Numbered from the stretch's first letter, positions 29,435-39,705 are shown. The stretch: 46,970 bases of DNA from Thermosynechococcaceae cyanobacterium (GCA_041752855.1 JBGSVR010000334.1:1-46970); one strand, 5' to 3'. Made by a program: numbers and translations. Notes: generated from the letters alone by a model not told the origin.

Positions 29435-31276
29435 GTGACGAATCAGACACCGTTAATTCCGAAATCTAACGGGTTTAGCCAGCCTTTGTTAGATTCTTTT
29501 AGTAGTGGAAAGGTGTTTATTGTCCAAAATGAATTAACGGGTTTAATTCTAAAAAAAGATTATTACGCAGAATTAATTCACTCAGGCTCTGCCGTTGGGG
29601 GGCAGTTTGACAATCAGGTCGGTGGTATTTATACCATTGGAGATGTAGAGGTTACGGTTCCCAAAAATCGGCAGGAGCTACAGCAGTCTATTGCCAGTCG
29701 CCAAACTGATATCGATCAGATGCTGGCCTTTTACAAAGAGCGCGATTTACTCAAGCGGGCGATCGCCGTTCTAACAATGTTAGATCAACGCTATGGCTTC
29801 GCAAAGGTTAGAGCTATCCCTACAGACCTATTGGCCTTACTGGTTGGAGCCAATGAGCAAATCATCAACGCAGCTTGGGAGCAAGCCTTTGGGGTTGAGT
29901 CAAGTTTTAAGACGGGTATTGAGCCGTTACCGATTGAAACAATAGAACCCCTTGATTTTCAAACGATTGATTTGCTGCCGCTATCATCAGCACCGCAGAA
30001 AAACTTCAAGTCCTGGCAATGGCTGGCAGTGGGTGCAGCGGCGATCGCCGCAGTGAGTCTAACGGTTGGTAGCTTAATCTATTTCAGCGGAGGGAAATCT
30101 TTAGAGGGAAGCGTAGCGGCATCGGTCTCTGCTGAACCGCCCTCAGTTTCAGCATTAGGGTTTATTGAACCCCAAGGAGAAGTGATTCAACTTTCAGCCC
30201 CTGCCTTTATGGAAGGAGCCAGAATTGACCAGCTATTAGTGCGCCAAGGAGATGCCGTAAAAAAGGGAGCCATTGTGGCAATGCTTGACAGCCGAGATCG
30301 GCTACAGGCGACTTTAGATCAGGCGCGTACAAGCGTAACGATTGCTGAGGCAAAGTTGGCACAGGTCAAAGCAGGTGCAAAAACAGGCGATATTAACGTC
30401 CAGAAAGCACAATATCAAAAGAGTAAGGCAGAACAGGAGGGTCAAATTAGCACCCAACAAGCCACCATCGCAAACCTTGAGGCTCAGCTAGAAGGAGAAC
30501 GTAACACCCAAGAATCTGCACTGCTTCAAACCAAAGCAGAACTAAACAATGCCCGAACAGAATGTAAACGCTATGAAGCCTTATACAAAGGTGGAGCTGT
30601 TTCTGCGTCACAACGAGACAGCTCGTGCCTAACAGAATCCACGGCAAAAGAGCGTTTAGCCCAGGCTTCTTCTTCTCTTAACCGCATTGTCAATACGCGT
30701 GGGCAGCAGATTCTTGAGGCAAAAGCGAACCTACAGCGGACCATTAACACACTTGATGATGAAATTAATGCTGCTGCGGCTTCTCGGGATGCGGTGTCTG
30801 AAGTGCGCGGTGTAGATGTGCAGGTTGCTGCAAAAGAATTGGAGTCTGCTCAATCGGCAGTCAAAAAAGCACAGGCTGATCTGGCGCAAGCCTATGTGCG
30901 ATCGCCTATTGATGGGGAAGTATTAAAGGTCAATACTTGGCCTGGTGAACTCGTAAAACAAGAGACAGGCATTGTGGAATTGGGTCGTACATCCCAAATG
31001 TATGTCAGCGCTGAAGTCTATGAAACAGACGTTTCGCGTGTGCGAGCAGGACAGTCAGCCATCATTCGTGCCGATGGGGTCGTCGGAGAACTCAAGGGAA
31101 CCGTTGAAAAAGTGGGTCTGAGAATTGGTAGACCCGACGTTTTAGGCACTGACCCAGTTCGAGATGCAGATGCTCGCGTGGTAGAGGTCAAAATTCGCCT
31201 CATTTCTGAAGATAGTATCAAAGTCAAAGCACTGACCAATTTAAAAGTTAATGTTGTCATTAAAGTCAACGTTTGA
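29435..31276 (+). CDS. devB: DevB/HlyD-family membrane fusion protein with an extra ~190-aa N-terminal region
   Basis: VSALGFIEPQGEVIQLSAP, coiled coil, VRSPIDGEVL, AEVYETD and DARVVEVKIRL; GAGGAG before GTG 29435. Confidence 0.85.
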   Translation: MTNQTPLIPKSNGFSQPLLDSFSSGKVFIVQNELTGLILKKDYYAELIHSGSAVGGQFDNQVGGIYTIGDVEVTVPKNRQELQQSIASRQTDIDQMLAFYKERDLLKRAIAVLTMLDQRYGFAKVRAIPTDLLALLVGANEQIINAAWEQAFGVESSFKTGIEPLPIETIEPLDFQTIDLLPLSSAPQKNFKSWQWLAVGAAAIAAVSLTVGSLIYFSGGKSLEGSVAASVSAEPPSVSALGFIEPQGEVIQLSAPAFMEGARIDQLLVRQGDAVKKGAIVAMLDSRDRLQATLDQARTSVTIAEAKLAQVKAGAKTGDINVQKAQYQKSKAEQEGQISTQQATIANLEAQLEGERNTQESALLQTKAELNNARTECKRYEALYKGGAVSASQRDSSCLTESTAKERLAQASSSLNRIVNTRGQQILEAKANLQRTINTLDDEINAAAASRDAVSEVRGVDVQVAAKELESAQSAVKKAQADLAQAYVRSPIDGEVLKVNTWPGELVKQETGIVELGRTSQMYVSAEVYETDVSRVRAGQSAIIRADGVVGELKGTVEKVGLRIGRPDVLGTDPVRDADARVVEVKIRLISEDSIKVKALTNLKVNVVIKVNV

Positions 31277-31323
31277 AGAAGTTAATAGTTAAAGCTAATC
31301 TTTCAAATTAATACTTCAAATTA

Positions 31324-32490
31324 ATGTTTCAAAAACAGCCCGTCGCATGGCTTCAGCTCAAACATCAAAAAACAAGATTTTTGATTGCGCTATCAGGCGT
31401 TATTTTTGCCGTCGTGATTGTCTTTATGCAATTTGGCATTCGAGATGCATTATTTGATAGTGCTGTTCACCTCCATCGTGGGTTAAATGGTGACATCTTT
31501 CTCATTAGCCCCCGTTCTACTTCGCTGATCGCAATGGATACCTTTCCAGATCGGCGACTAAAGCAAGTACTCGCTTTCCCCGACGTAGACTATACGGTTC
31601 CCGTTTATGTAGGATTTGCACAATGGAAAAACCCACAAACCCGAAACTACTGGAGAAATATTTACCTAATTGGCTTTGATACTCGGTATGATGCATTTAA
31701 TTTACCTGGGATAAAAAATACGCAAGTTCTTAATATTAGAGATAATATTTTCTTTGACCAAGAATCACGTGCAGAATTTGGCCCTATTGTAGAACAATTT
31801 AAAGCGAACAAGATTGTAACCACTGAGGTTAGTGATTTTGGGAGCAATCATAAAGTTAATGTAGTCGGCTTATTCAATCTTGGGACTTCCTTTGGCGCTG
31901 ACGGCAACATTATTACCAGCGATTTAAACTTCTTGAGAATTAACGCAACTCGGAATAAAGGTATTATCAATATTGGACTAATCAAGCTAAAGTCCGGTGC
32001 CAATCTTAGTAAAAATCTCGACCAAATAAAGCGATATCTTCCTAAGGATGTAAAAGTTTTCAGCAAAGAAGAATTTATTAACTTTGAAAAAGCTTATTGG
32101 CAAAGTAGTACTGCCATTGGGTTTATTTTTGATATTGGCGTTACCTTAGGAATTGTCGTAGGCATTGTTGTTGTTTATCAAATTCTCTACACCAATGTTT
32201 CCGAACATTTGCCAGAATACGCCACACTAAAAGCGATGGGCTACCGTCAACAGTACCTTTTAAGCCTTGTTCTTCAACAGTCCCTTTTTATTGCAATCTT
32301 AGGCTATATTCCAGGATTTGTTATTACAATTGTTCAATATGAAGTCACAAAGCAAGCAACACTTTTACCAATTGGAATGACGATAGACAGAGCTATTTTT
32401 GTGTTTGTAGCAACATTAGTTATGTGTTTCATTGCTGGCGGGAGCGCTGTTCGCAAATTAAAAGACGCAGATCCGGCAGATATTTTTTAG
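31324..32490 (+). CDS. devC: ABC transporter permease DevC
   Basis: AWLQL, LGTSFGADGN, YQILYT.VSEHL.EYATLKAMGY and ADPADIF. Confidence 0.93.
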   Translation: MFQKQPVAWLQLKHQKTRFLIALSGVIFAVVIVFMQFGIRDALFDSAVHLHRGLNGDIFLISPRSTSLIAMDTFPDRRLKQVLAFPDVDYTVPVYVGFAQWKNPQTRNYWRNIYLIGFDTRYDAFNLPGIKNTQVLNIRDNIFFDQESRAEFGPIVEQFKANKIVTTEVSDFGSNHKVNVVGLFNLGTSFGADGNIITSDLNFLRINATRNKGIINIGLIKLKSGANLSKNLDQIKRYLPKDVKVFSKEEFINFEKAYWQSSTAIGFIFDIGVTLGIVVGIVVVYQILYTNVSEHLPEYATLKAMGYRQQYLLSLVLQQSLFIAILGYIPGFVITIVQYEVTKQATLLPIGMTIDRAIFVFVATLVMCFIAGGSAVRKLKDADPADIF

Positions 32491-32506
32491 GAACTTAAAT
32501 TCAAAA

Positions 32507-33178
32507 ATGTCATTAATTGCTGTAAGGAACTTAAATCATTTTTTTGGAAAAGGAAACCTAACCAAACAAGTTCTTTATGATATAAATTTGACAATCAACC
32601 GTGGGGAGATTGTAATTTTAACAGGACACTCTGGTTCTGGAAAAACAACGCTGCTGTCATTGATTGGAGGCTTAAGATCGGTACAAGAGGGTAGTCTTGT
32701 ATCCGTTGGTAGAGAACTCAATGCTGCCAGCGAACTACAGCTTGTAAATACTCGTCGCAATATTGGCTATATTTTTCAAGCTCATAATCTTTTGCCCTTT
32801 ATGACAGCTCAGCAGAATGTTCTTATGTCTATTGAGCTACATGATTCAGTTACGCTTAAGGTGGCAAAACAAAAGGCTGCAAATATTTTGAATGCCGTTG
32901 GATTGGGAGAAAGAATTCAGTACTTCCCTGATAAGCTTTCAGGTGGGCAAAAACAACGGGTGGCGATCGCCCGTGCGTTGGTCAGTGACCCAAAGCTAAT
33001 CTTAGCCGATGAACCCACTGCGGCACTCGATAGTCAAACAGGACGTGAAATTGTAAATCTAATGCAGGGCATGGCACGCGAGAAACAATGCACCATCTTA
33101 ATGGTTACTCACGATAATCGAATTCTAGATATTGCTGATCGCATTGTCCATATGGAAGACGGTCGTTTAATCAACTGA
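32507..33178 (+). CDS. devA: ABC transporter ATP-binding protein DevA
   Basis: [29 protein letters not shown] and VTHDNRILD. Confidence 0.93.
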   Translation: MSLIAVRNLNHFFGKGNLTKQVLYDINLTINRGEIVILTGHSGSGKTTLLSLIGGLRSVQEGSLVSVGRELNAASELQLVNTRRNIGYIFQAHNLLPFMTAQQNVLMSIELHDSVTLKVAKQKAANILNAVGLGERIQYFPDKLSGGQKQRVAIARALVSDPKLILADEPTAALDSQTGREIVNLMQGMAREKQCTILMVTHDNRILDIADRIVHMEDGRLIN

Positions 33179-34066
33179 CACGCTATATTTTCGAGGTGGC
33201 GTAAAGACCCTTAATGCCCTTGGCAGCACCCGAAAATGAGCCGGTGTAGCGGTTGTAATTTCGCCATCGGTGTTAATAGACCGTGGTCGTCGTGTCTGCA
33301 CATAAAATTCTTGCCCTTCCCAAGAATCGCTCCAGGGCGTAGAAGCATGATGCCCACGATGCAGCAGCGGAAACAACGCCAGCATCTGCCACCAATGCTC
33401 CAACCCTAAACTATACAAATCCAAGCGCCCATCATTAATAGCAGCATCGGGCGCAACTGCCATGCCGCCGCCGTAGAAACGACCATTGCCTACTGCAATC
33501 TGAATAGTTTTGACGCGATGGACTTGACCGTCTGCAAGACGAATTTCGGCATGGAAAAGACGGCTTTTCCATAGAACCTGAAAGGCAGATACCGCATAGG
33601 CTAAAACACCCCAGCGCTTTTTCACCTCTTTGGTAAGCTGGCGCGTAATCTTAACGCTCAGGCCAAGGCTGGCAACGTTAAAGAAATGCTGTCCATTGAC
33701 CCAACCCACATCAATTTGCTGAGAGTTGCCCGCTGCAATAACCTGACATGCTTGGGCAATATCAAAGGGAATGTCTAGGGTTCGCGCTAGATCGTTAGCC
33801 GTGCCCAACGGCAACAGCCCTAAAGGGAGCTGGGTATCCATTAGGCCGGCGATCGCCGCATTAACAGTCCCATCTCCACCCCCAATGATCACCAGATCCA
33901 CTTCGCCTCCATGACGTCGGATTACGTCAGAAAGCTGATCGGGAGGGGGCATTTCTTGCTCCAGTAATTCTAGCCCTAGCGATTGAAGCTGCTGACGTAC
34001 CGTCGCAACTTGCTGCTTCCCTTTACGCGCATGATGATTAATGAGCAGCAACGCTTTTTTCGCCAT
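33167..34066 (-). CDS. YegS/Rv2252/BmrU-family lipid kinase (DAGK catalytic fold)
   Basis: GGGDGT, LPLGTANDLAR, NGRFYGGG and DGE motifs. Confidence 0.92.
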   Translation of the reverse strand: MAKKALLLINHHARKGKQQVATVRQQLQSLGLELLEQEMPPPDQLSDVIRRHGGEVDLVIIGGGDGTVNAAIAGLMDTQLPLGLLPLGTANDLARTLDIPFDIAQACQVIAAGNSQQIDVGWVNGQHFFNVASLGLSVKITRQLTKEVKKRWGVLAYAVSAFQVLWKSRLFHAEIRLADGQVHRVKTIQIAVGNGRFYGGGMAVAPDAAINDGRLDLYSLGLEHWWQMLALFPLLHRGHHASTPWSDSWEGQEFYVQTRRPRSINTDGEITTATPAHFRVLPRALRVFTPPRKYSVSVD

Positions 34067-34224
34067 ATTAGCAACCAACTTTTGCCTGTTTTTTATACTA
34101 AAGAGGGATGCACCTGAATAATCTATTGAAAAAATGTACTTTCAAATCTCTATCAATTGATTGATTTATGAACTCAACCTAGACGGTAAAAACAGATATG
34201 TACGTTACCAAAAGGAAACATCCT

Positions 34225-34761
34225 ATGAAGGTCAAGCCGTTGGCATTAATTAGAGGGCAGCTTCGTCGTCTGCTGACTATAGGGGTACTTGTTTTATCCT
34301 TTATGTCGTTCAGCAGCGTCTCTAGCTTCAATACCTCTGCTGTGGCTGCATCCCTATATAGCTCCCCCATTATTGCCGCATCTAGCATGGCAAATCAAGT
34401 CAAAGATCAGGTTGACAGTGCAGACCAAGCCATGATGAGTGCTAAAGATAAGCTAGATGAAGCTGGCAAAAAGACCAGTAAGAAAGCTAAAGATATTGCA
34501 GAAAAGGCAAAGGGCAAGGCTCAAAAAGATATTGCTAACACCAAGTCTGCTGCCAAGGATGCCCAGGCCGCCGCAGGCACTAAAGCCAAACGTGATATTG
34601 CCAAAACGCAAGAAGCCGCTGAGAAAACCAAGGCAACCGTAGTAAGCCGTGCCAAGCAAGATGCAGGCAAAGCTGATAATGCTTTTGAAAAAGCGGGCAA
34701 TAAAGCTGAAGAATTTGCGTCTAATGCTTTAGATGCTGCTAAAAATCTGATTGGTCAATAG
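34225..34761 (+). CDS. Exported or membrane-anchored LEA-like Ala/Lys-rich protein
   Basis: Signal-like N-terminus, then AK/KA-rich helical repeats (KAQKDIANTK, KAKRDIAKTQ); start may be 34198. Confidence 0.75.
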   Translation: MKVKPLALIRGQLRRLLTIGVLVLSFMSFSSVSSFNTSAVAASLYSSPIIAASSMANQVKDQVDSADQAMMSAKDKLDEAGKKTSKKAKDIAEKAKGKAQKDIANTKSAAKDAQAAAGTKAKRDIAKTQEAAEKTKATVVSRAKQDAGKADNAFEKAGNKAEEFASNALDAAKNLIGQ

Positions 34762-34852
34762 TTTAGATCAATCGCTTTAGACACTCACTAAAGTATCTAA
34801 ACCAATAATTTTCTAGTTTTTTACCACAAGTCCAATCCATTTTCTGGAGACA

Positions 34853-35218
34853 TTGAATATGAAATCTTCCATCGTTGAAACATTCAAATTTCGTCCTGTT
34901 CACTTCGTTGTGACCTTATTTGCCAGCGCGTTCCTGTTTTTCTCTACCAGCGTGCCAGCATTTGCCTTTGGCGCAGCTTCGAGTAATCCTACCGATGGCA
35001 CCGTGCAGCTTGATAAAATTGAACAACGCGCTCAAGATGTTGCAGAATCAAAAGTTGCGCCTGGTTCTATAGAAGAAGCCGCAGAACGCGCTAAAGGCGG
35101 AATTAATGAAGTTCAGGGTGCGGCAGATAAAAACCAAATGAGCCGTCCCAGCAATTCTCAAAATGCAACCACCGTTAAGGATCAAATTGGCAAGGCATTA
35201 AAGAAGGCGATGAAGTAG
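34853..35218 (+). CDS. Exported hydrophilic stress-type hypothetical protein
   Basis: Signal peptide ending PAFA; GGINEVQGAADKNQM segment; GGAGA ribosome-binding site. Confidence 0.75.
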   Translation: MNMKSSIVETFKFRPVHFVVTLFASAFLFFSTSVPAFAFGAASSNPTDGTVQLDKIEQRAQDVAESKVAPGSIEEAAERAKGGINEVQGAADKNQMSRPSNSQNATTVKDQIGKALKKAMK

Positions 35219-35299
35219 GCGGCAAATTAAAGGCATCCTAATTTTATCCACTTCCATACCGTAGATTTTTGCGGTTAGTCATAGCTTCTCTGTACCCCA

Positions 35300-35354
35300 C
35301 AAAAAGCAGTTTAGTCGCGATAGACGTTGATTTATCCGGCCTAGGCTGCTTTTT
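35300..35354. terminator. Probable bidirectional terminator
   Basis: aaaaagcagtttag...ctaggctgcttttt imperfect hairpin between convergent genes. Confidence 0.55.
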
Positions 35355-35382
35355 GGATTGTAATCAAAGCTCAACCAATGGT

Positions 35383-36138
35383 TTAAGAAAGCTCTTTCTC
35401 AATCGAAAGCGGCACGTCTTTGAGATTAGACAATTCAACTAGCTCTCGTTCTTTCGTCTTAATTTTAAGTGGAATGCTAAGTGGCTCAGGCTGCTCTAGC
35501 CAACAGCTTGCAATCGGCAGCGTCTGCTCTAAATCTTCCAGCGGCCTAGGAATCACCATCACGGCATTTAGCTCACCAATGCGCTCAGCCTCATGCATCC
35601 CCGCTTCGATCGCCATCGCAACATTGGCAACCGACCCACGAATAATCACGGTACATAGCCCTGCCCCAATGGTTTCATAGGCCGAAAGCTGCACCTCAGC
35701 AGATTTCAGCATCATATCCGCTGCCCCCACCATTGCGGGGAATCCGCGCGTTTCAAGTAGGCCGATCGCCAGATTGCTGAGCTTACTCACGCCGCCATTT
35801 TGAGCCAACTGCATCATCCGAGCGCTGATGGGAAGCACTGCCTCTAGGTTGGGCAAAGGTCTTGCTAAGGTGAGGCTAGAAACATACTGACCAAACTTTC
35901 TGGCCGTTTCTTCGCCGACCTGTACTGCCAGACGCACGTCAGCAATGCCGCCCCGCACGATCGCCGTACAAAAGCCGCTCCCCGTCTTCTCATAGCCGAC
36001 CAGCGTTACGCCAGCAGACTTGAGCATCATGTCTGCGGTACCCACAATAGCAGGGAAGCTTTGGGTAGAAACTAAGCCCAGCGCAGTTTCCCGAAGGGGA
36101 TTGCGAGGTGTTCGGGCTGCTCGCATTGGCGACCTCAA
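35383..36138 (-). CDS. ccmO: Carboxysome tandem-BMC shell protein CcmO
   Basis: Two BMC domains (FPAIVGTADMMLKSA; FPAMVGAADMMLKSA); follows ccmN. Confidence 0.93.
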   Translation of the reverse strand: MRSPMRAARTPRNPLRETALGLVSTQSFPAIVGTADMMLKSAGVTLVGYEKTGSGFCTAIVRGGIADVRLAVQVGEETARKFGQYVSSLTLARPLPNLEAVLPISARMMQLAQNGGVSKLSNLAIGLLETRGFPAMVGAADMMLKSAEVQLSAYETIGAGLCTVIIRGSVANVAMAIEAGMHEAERIGELNAVMVIPRPLEDLEQTLPIASCWLEQPEPLSIPLKIKTKERELVELSNLKDVPLSIEKELS

Positions 36139-36187
36139 TCGTTATGTCTCCTCTATACTTTAGCGGCACATCTCTAAAACTGAATCC

Positions 36188-36955
36188 TCAAGAATCGGGA
36201 GATGGCGACACTGAACGGCTTCGATTTGGCAAAAGCGTAGACAGCAAATCATGAACGTAGGCTTGCCCATGCACGACGTTAGGGGTTTTCTCTACAGCCT
36301 TTTCTGTTTCGTCTGTGCCAGCATTGCTTTGCGTCGTTTGGCTTAAGCTAACTTTGGGACTGTCCGGGTACTTGAAAGGGTTGGAGCCAAGGTGTGAGCT
36401 TTCTGGATACTTAAAGGAATTAAAACTACTACTCTCATTTGTTGCCGGCGGCGCAGAGAAATTGACAGGTTCTGGTCCGGACTGGGCAGCCCCCCAAGGG
36501 TCGGGTAACGGAGCTAAGGCTTGTGGTTCTGGGGCTTGTGGTTCTGGTATCGCTTTAGCAACAACTATGGGTTGGGGCAGTTCCTCCACTTCAGGCTGGG
36601 TCTGACGGCTGCTATCGCCCAATACAGAACCTGACGGAACCAATGCCTTTGCCTCTACCGAAGTATTGAGCAGCGTACATTGTGATCCAATACAGGCACT
36701 GGATCCAATGATGCCAGCGCCAACTATCAGCACCCCTGCACCTAAGCTTGCGCCTTCCTGAATCTCTAAAATTCCGTCGCAAGAATGCAAAACAGCGCCC
36801 ATTCCAATGCAAACCCCTGCCGCAATGATAATACTGCTGCCTGGAGCTGCCTGGAGGAGAACACCTGGGGCGATCGCCGCGTTCGGATGAATGGTGACAT
36901 CACCATTGATGTAAACCTGAGAATCATGCATGGCCTGAAGCGGCGGCAAATACAC
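36188..36955 (-). CDS. ccmN: Carboxysome assembly protein CcmN
   Basis: Hexapeptide-repeat N-terminus, Pro-rich linker and C-terminal encapsulation peptide VHGQAYVHDLLSTLLP; GTG 36955 or TTG 36964 start. Confidence 0.92.
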   Translation of the reverse strand: MYLPPLQAMHDSQVYINGDVTIHPNAAIAPGVLLQAAPGSSIIIAAGVCIGMGAVLHSCDGILEIQEGASLGAGVLIVGAGIIGSSACIGSQCTLLNTSVEAKALVPSGSVLGDSSRQTQPEVEELPQPIVVAKAIPEPQAPEPQALAPLPDPWGAAQSGPEPVNFSAPPATNESSSFNSFKYPESSHLGSNPFKYPDSPKVSLSQTTQSNAGTDETEKAVEKTPNVVHGQAYVHDLLSTLLPNRSRSVSPSPDS

Positions 36956-37200
36956 AGATATCAAAACCTCTAAAAAGACTATTCCTAAACCAAGGCACTA
37001 CGCCCGATCCAGTTCAGAAAACAGCTTAAAAATTATGGTGCAGCGTAACGGATGTAACAATCCGTAGGCAAATCGTTAAAGCGAAGATTATACGAAACGA
37101 AAATTACACAGCATCTATTGAGAAAGGGAGTGCGAGTAAAGCAGCAAGATAAGCACCGCTTTCTAGAGCAGAATTACCCGCCCCCCATCCTATTAACAGA

Positions 37201-39267
37201 TCATCTAGGGCGCTGAATCATAGCCTCAAGAACCCGTCGCTTTGCCTTTTTGTCAATCCCAATCACGCGGACATACTCACCCGCATGTTCAGAAATGCAA
37301 GATTCAAGGGCGCGGAACACTTCCGCCTCACGGGTAGTTGCGATAGGCGCACAGCTATGCCAAGCATTGGCTCGGAATCGGCGCTTATCGGCATGTTCGG
37401 TGGCAATTTGGTGCCCTTGAGCCAATAGCTGACGCACCTGACTCACCACCTCTGAAGCCAGCGGCCCTCCAGAACCAGATCGGGCTGCGGGTGCAGAAGA
37501 TGAATGCGCTGAAGCCGCTGGCGCTGAATAAGAGGCAGCGGCTGCCTTAGTGCCGTTGCTCTTGCCATCGGGTCGCTGCACCACCAGTTCCAAGACGCGA
37601 CGCTTTGCCTTTGCGTCAATGCCCACCAGCCGCACGTATTCGCCAGGGTATTGAGCAATAATGGCGTTGATTTCAGCAATAGCGTCACTGTCTCGACGCG
37701 CCGTCACAGACTTGCCGCTTGTCCAGGCACTCGCGCGGAATCGTCGCTTATCGGCATGTTCTGTCCCGATCTGAAAGCCCTGAGCCAACAGGCTATGAAC
37801 ATGGCCTGCAACATCAGAACCCACCGCAGCACTTGTGCCGCCATGAGAATTCGCAGAAGGGGAATAGCCTGAGCTGCTGTGGCTGCTACTGTTAGCGACT
37901 GACGATGTGCCGCTGCCCCCATTGCTGCCGTCAGCACGCTGCACCACTAATTCCAAAACGCGACGCTTTGCCTTGGGGTCAATGCCCACCAGTCGCACGT
38001 ATTCGCCAGGGTGTTGAGCAATAATGGCGTTGATTTCAGAAACAGCGTCACTATCTCGGCGAGCCGTTACAGACTTGCCGCTTGTCCAGGCACCGGCACG
38101 GAATCGACGCTTATCCGCGTATTCTGTCCCAATGTGGTAGCCCTGAGACAGGAGGTGACGGACATGTCCCACAACATCAACGCCTGCGGGTGCAGCGCTT
38201 TGATGACCTTGAGCTGCCTTTGGAGCCGATGCGGCAGAGCTAGCAACCCGACGAGGAGATGGGGCGATGCCGCTCTTGCCATCCGGTCTCTGAATCACCA
38301 GTTCGGCAACGCGACGTTTTGCCTTGGTGTCGATGCCCACAATGCGAACATAATCCCCTGCATGTTCTGCCATGCAGGCTTCTAATGCTGCCAATACCTC
38401 TGGCTCGCGGCTGGCTGAAATGGGCTTGCAGCTCGTCCAAGCGCTGGCGCGAAACCGGCGTTGGTCGGCGTGTTCTGTGCCAATGCGATAGCCCTGAATA
38501 AGGAGCTGTCGCACCTGTTCTACGGCATCAGCACTGAGATAATTACTTCCTATTGCCACGGCGGCAGATCCTCCATTAACGTGAGTTCCATTTCCAGCAG
38601 CCTCATTCCGAATCGGGACTGGTTTAGCGGTGCCTTTTTCAGCAGGCGCTTCCCGAATGGGTCTGATGCACTCAATATCATCGGCGCAGCGGTAGCCCGA
38701 GCGCAAAGACTGATTAATGCCAATCACATGACTGGCAAACGCTACATCAGCAGCCTGGACGTTGGGCAGACGATCTGCCTGCTGCTGTGTAGTAATAACT
38801 GCCCCAGAGGGCACGTACTTACCTGGCGGAATTTCTACATCCTGAATCAGAGCGTGCATCATCACAATGCAGCCTTTATTGACCCGTGCATTAAAAACCG
38901 TCGAGCGAAACCCAATAAAACAGTTATCACCCACATAGGCTGGCCCATGAATGAGCGCCATGTGAGTAATGGAGGTGCTACCGCCAACCCAAACTGAATA
39001 GTCTTTTCCATCGTCCCCGATGACGCGACCTTGCTCTAGCCCGTGAATGACCACTCCATCCTGGATGTTGGTTCGTGCGCCAATAGAGAAGGGAGTCCCT
39101 TCGTCAGCACGAATTGAGGTTCCAGGGGCAATCATGACGTTTTCGCCAATACGCACGTCGCCAATGACGTTGATATCGGAATAGACGTAGGCCGAGGAGT
39201 GGATTTTAGGTTTAGATAAGCTCTTAGACCAAGGTGTCGGGGGAGCCGCAAGGCCACGGACAACCAT
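37201..39267 (-). CDS. ccmM: Carboxysome protein CcmM (gamma-carbonic anhydrase plus four RbcS-like domains)
   Basis: [25 protein letters not shown] and four TE(H/Y)AD.RRFR..AW repeats. Confidence 0.97.
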   Translation of the reverse strand: MVVRGLAAPPTPWSKSLSKPKIHSSAYVYSDINVIGDVRIGENVMIAPGTSIRADEGTPFSIGARTNIQDGVVIHGLEQGRVIGDDGKDYSVWVGGSTSITHMALIHGPAYVGDNCFIGFRSTVFNARVNKGCIVMMHALIQDVEIPPGKYVPSGAVITTQQQADRLPNVQAADVAFASHVIGINQSLRSGYRCADDIECIRPIREAPAEKGTAKPVPIRNEAAGNGTHVNGGSAAVAIGSNYLSADAVEQVRQLLIQGYRIGTEHADQRRFRASAWTSCKPISASREPEVLAALEACMAEHAGDYVRIVGIDTKAKRRVAELVIQRPDGKSGIAPSPRRVASSAASAPKAAQGHQSAAPAGVDVVGHVRHLLSQGYHIGTEYADKRRFRAGAWTSGKSVTARRDSDAVSEINAIIAQHPGEYVRLVGIDPKAKRRVLELVVQRADGSNGGSGTSSVANSSSHSSSGYSPSANSHGGTSAAVGSDVAGHVHSLLAQGFQIGTEHADKRRFRASAWTSGKSVTARRDSDAIAEINAIIAQYPGEYVRLVGIDAKAKRRVLELVVQRPDGKSNGTKAAAASYSAPAASAHSSSAPAARSGSGGPLASEVVSQVRQLLAQGHQIATEHADKRRFRANAWHSCAPIATTREAEVFRALESCISEHAGEYVRVIGIDKKAKRRVLEAMIQRPR

Positions 39268-39399
39268 GAATAATCTCCTGACTGAATATTAAAACTCAGT
39301 TTGTAGTGGGAATTGACTGCTTACGCAGGAAACTACGTGTTAAAGCACCCAAAAAGGCCATCTCAAAGATGGCAAGGCTGGGTCAAAACGAAGCAAAGG

Positions 39400-39699
39400 C
39401 TAGTACTGGTCTTTTTTGCTGTAGAGCTGACGATTATCGAGACTAACGGTGTCAATGATGCCAACCACTAAAGCGTCTAAAGGTCGCTTTTCGTAACCTG
39501 GGAGCTGGCGCGCTGCGCTACCGCGACTCACCAAAACCCATTCATTAACACCTGCCCCAACGCAATCAGCCGCAACTTCATATTTTGGAAGAAGCTGACC
39601 TTCTTCATCAATGAGCTGCACCAGTATAAATTTAACGCCCATGAGGCTTGGTTCTTTTTGGGTACTTACAACAGTGCCGCGAACCTGAGCAATTTGCAT
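39400..39699 (-). CDS. ccmL: Carboxysome vertex pentamer CcmL
   Basis: MQIAQVRGTVVSTQK, VGAGVNEWVLVSRGSAAR. Confidence 0.97.
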   Translation of the reverse strand: MQIAQVRGTVVSTQKEPSLMGVKFILVQLIDEEGQLLPKYEVAADCVGAGVNEWVLVSRGSAARQLPGYEKRPLDALVVGIIDTVSLDNRQLYSKKDQY

Positions 39700-39705
39700 G
39701 GAGGG

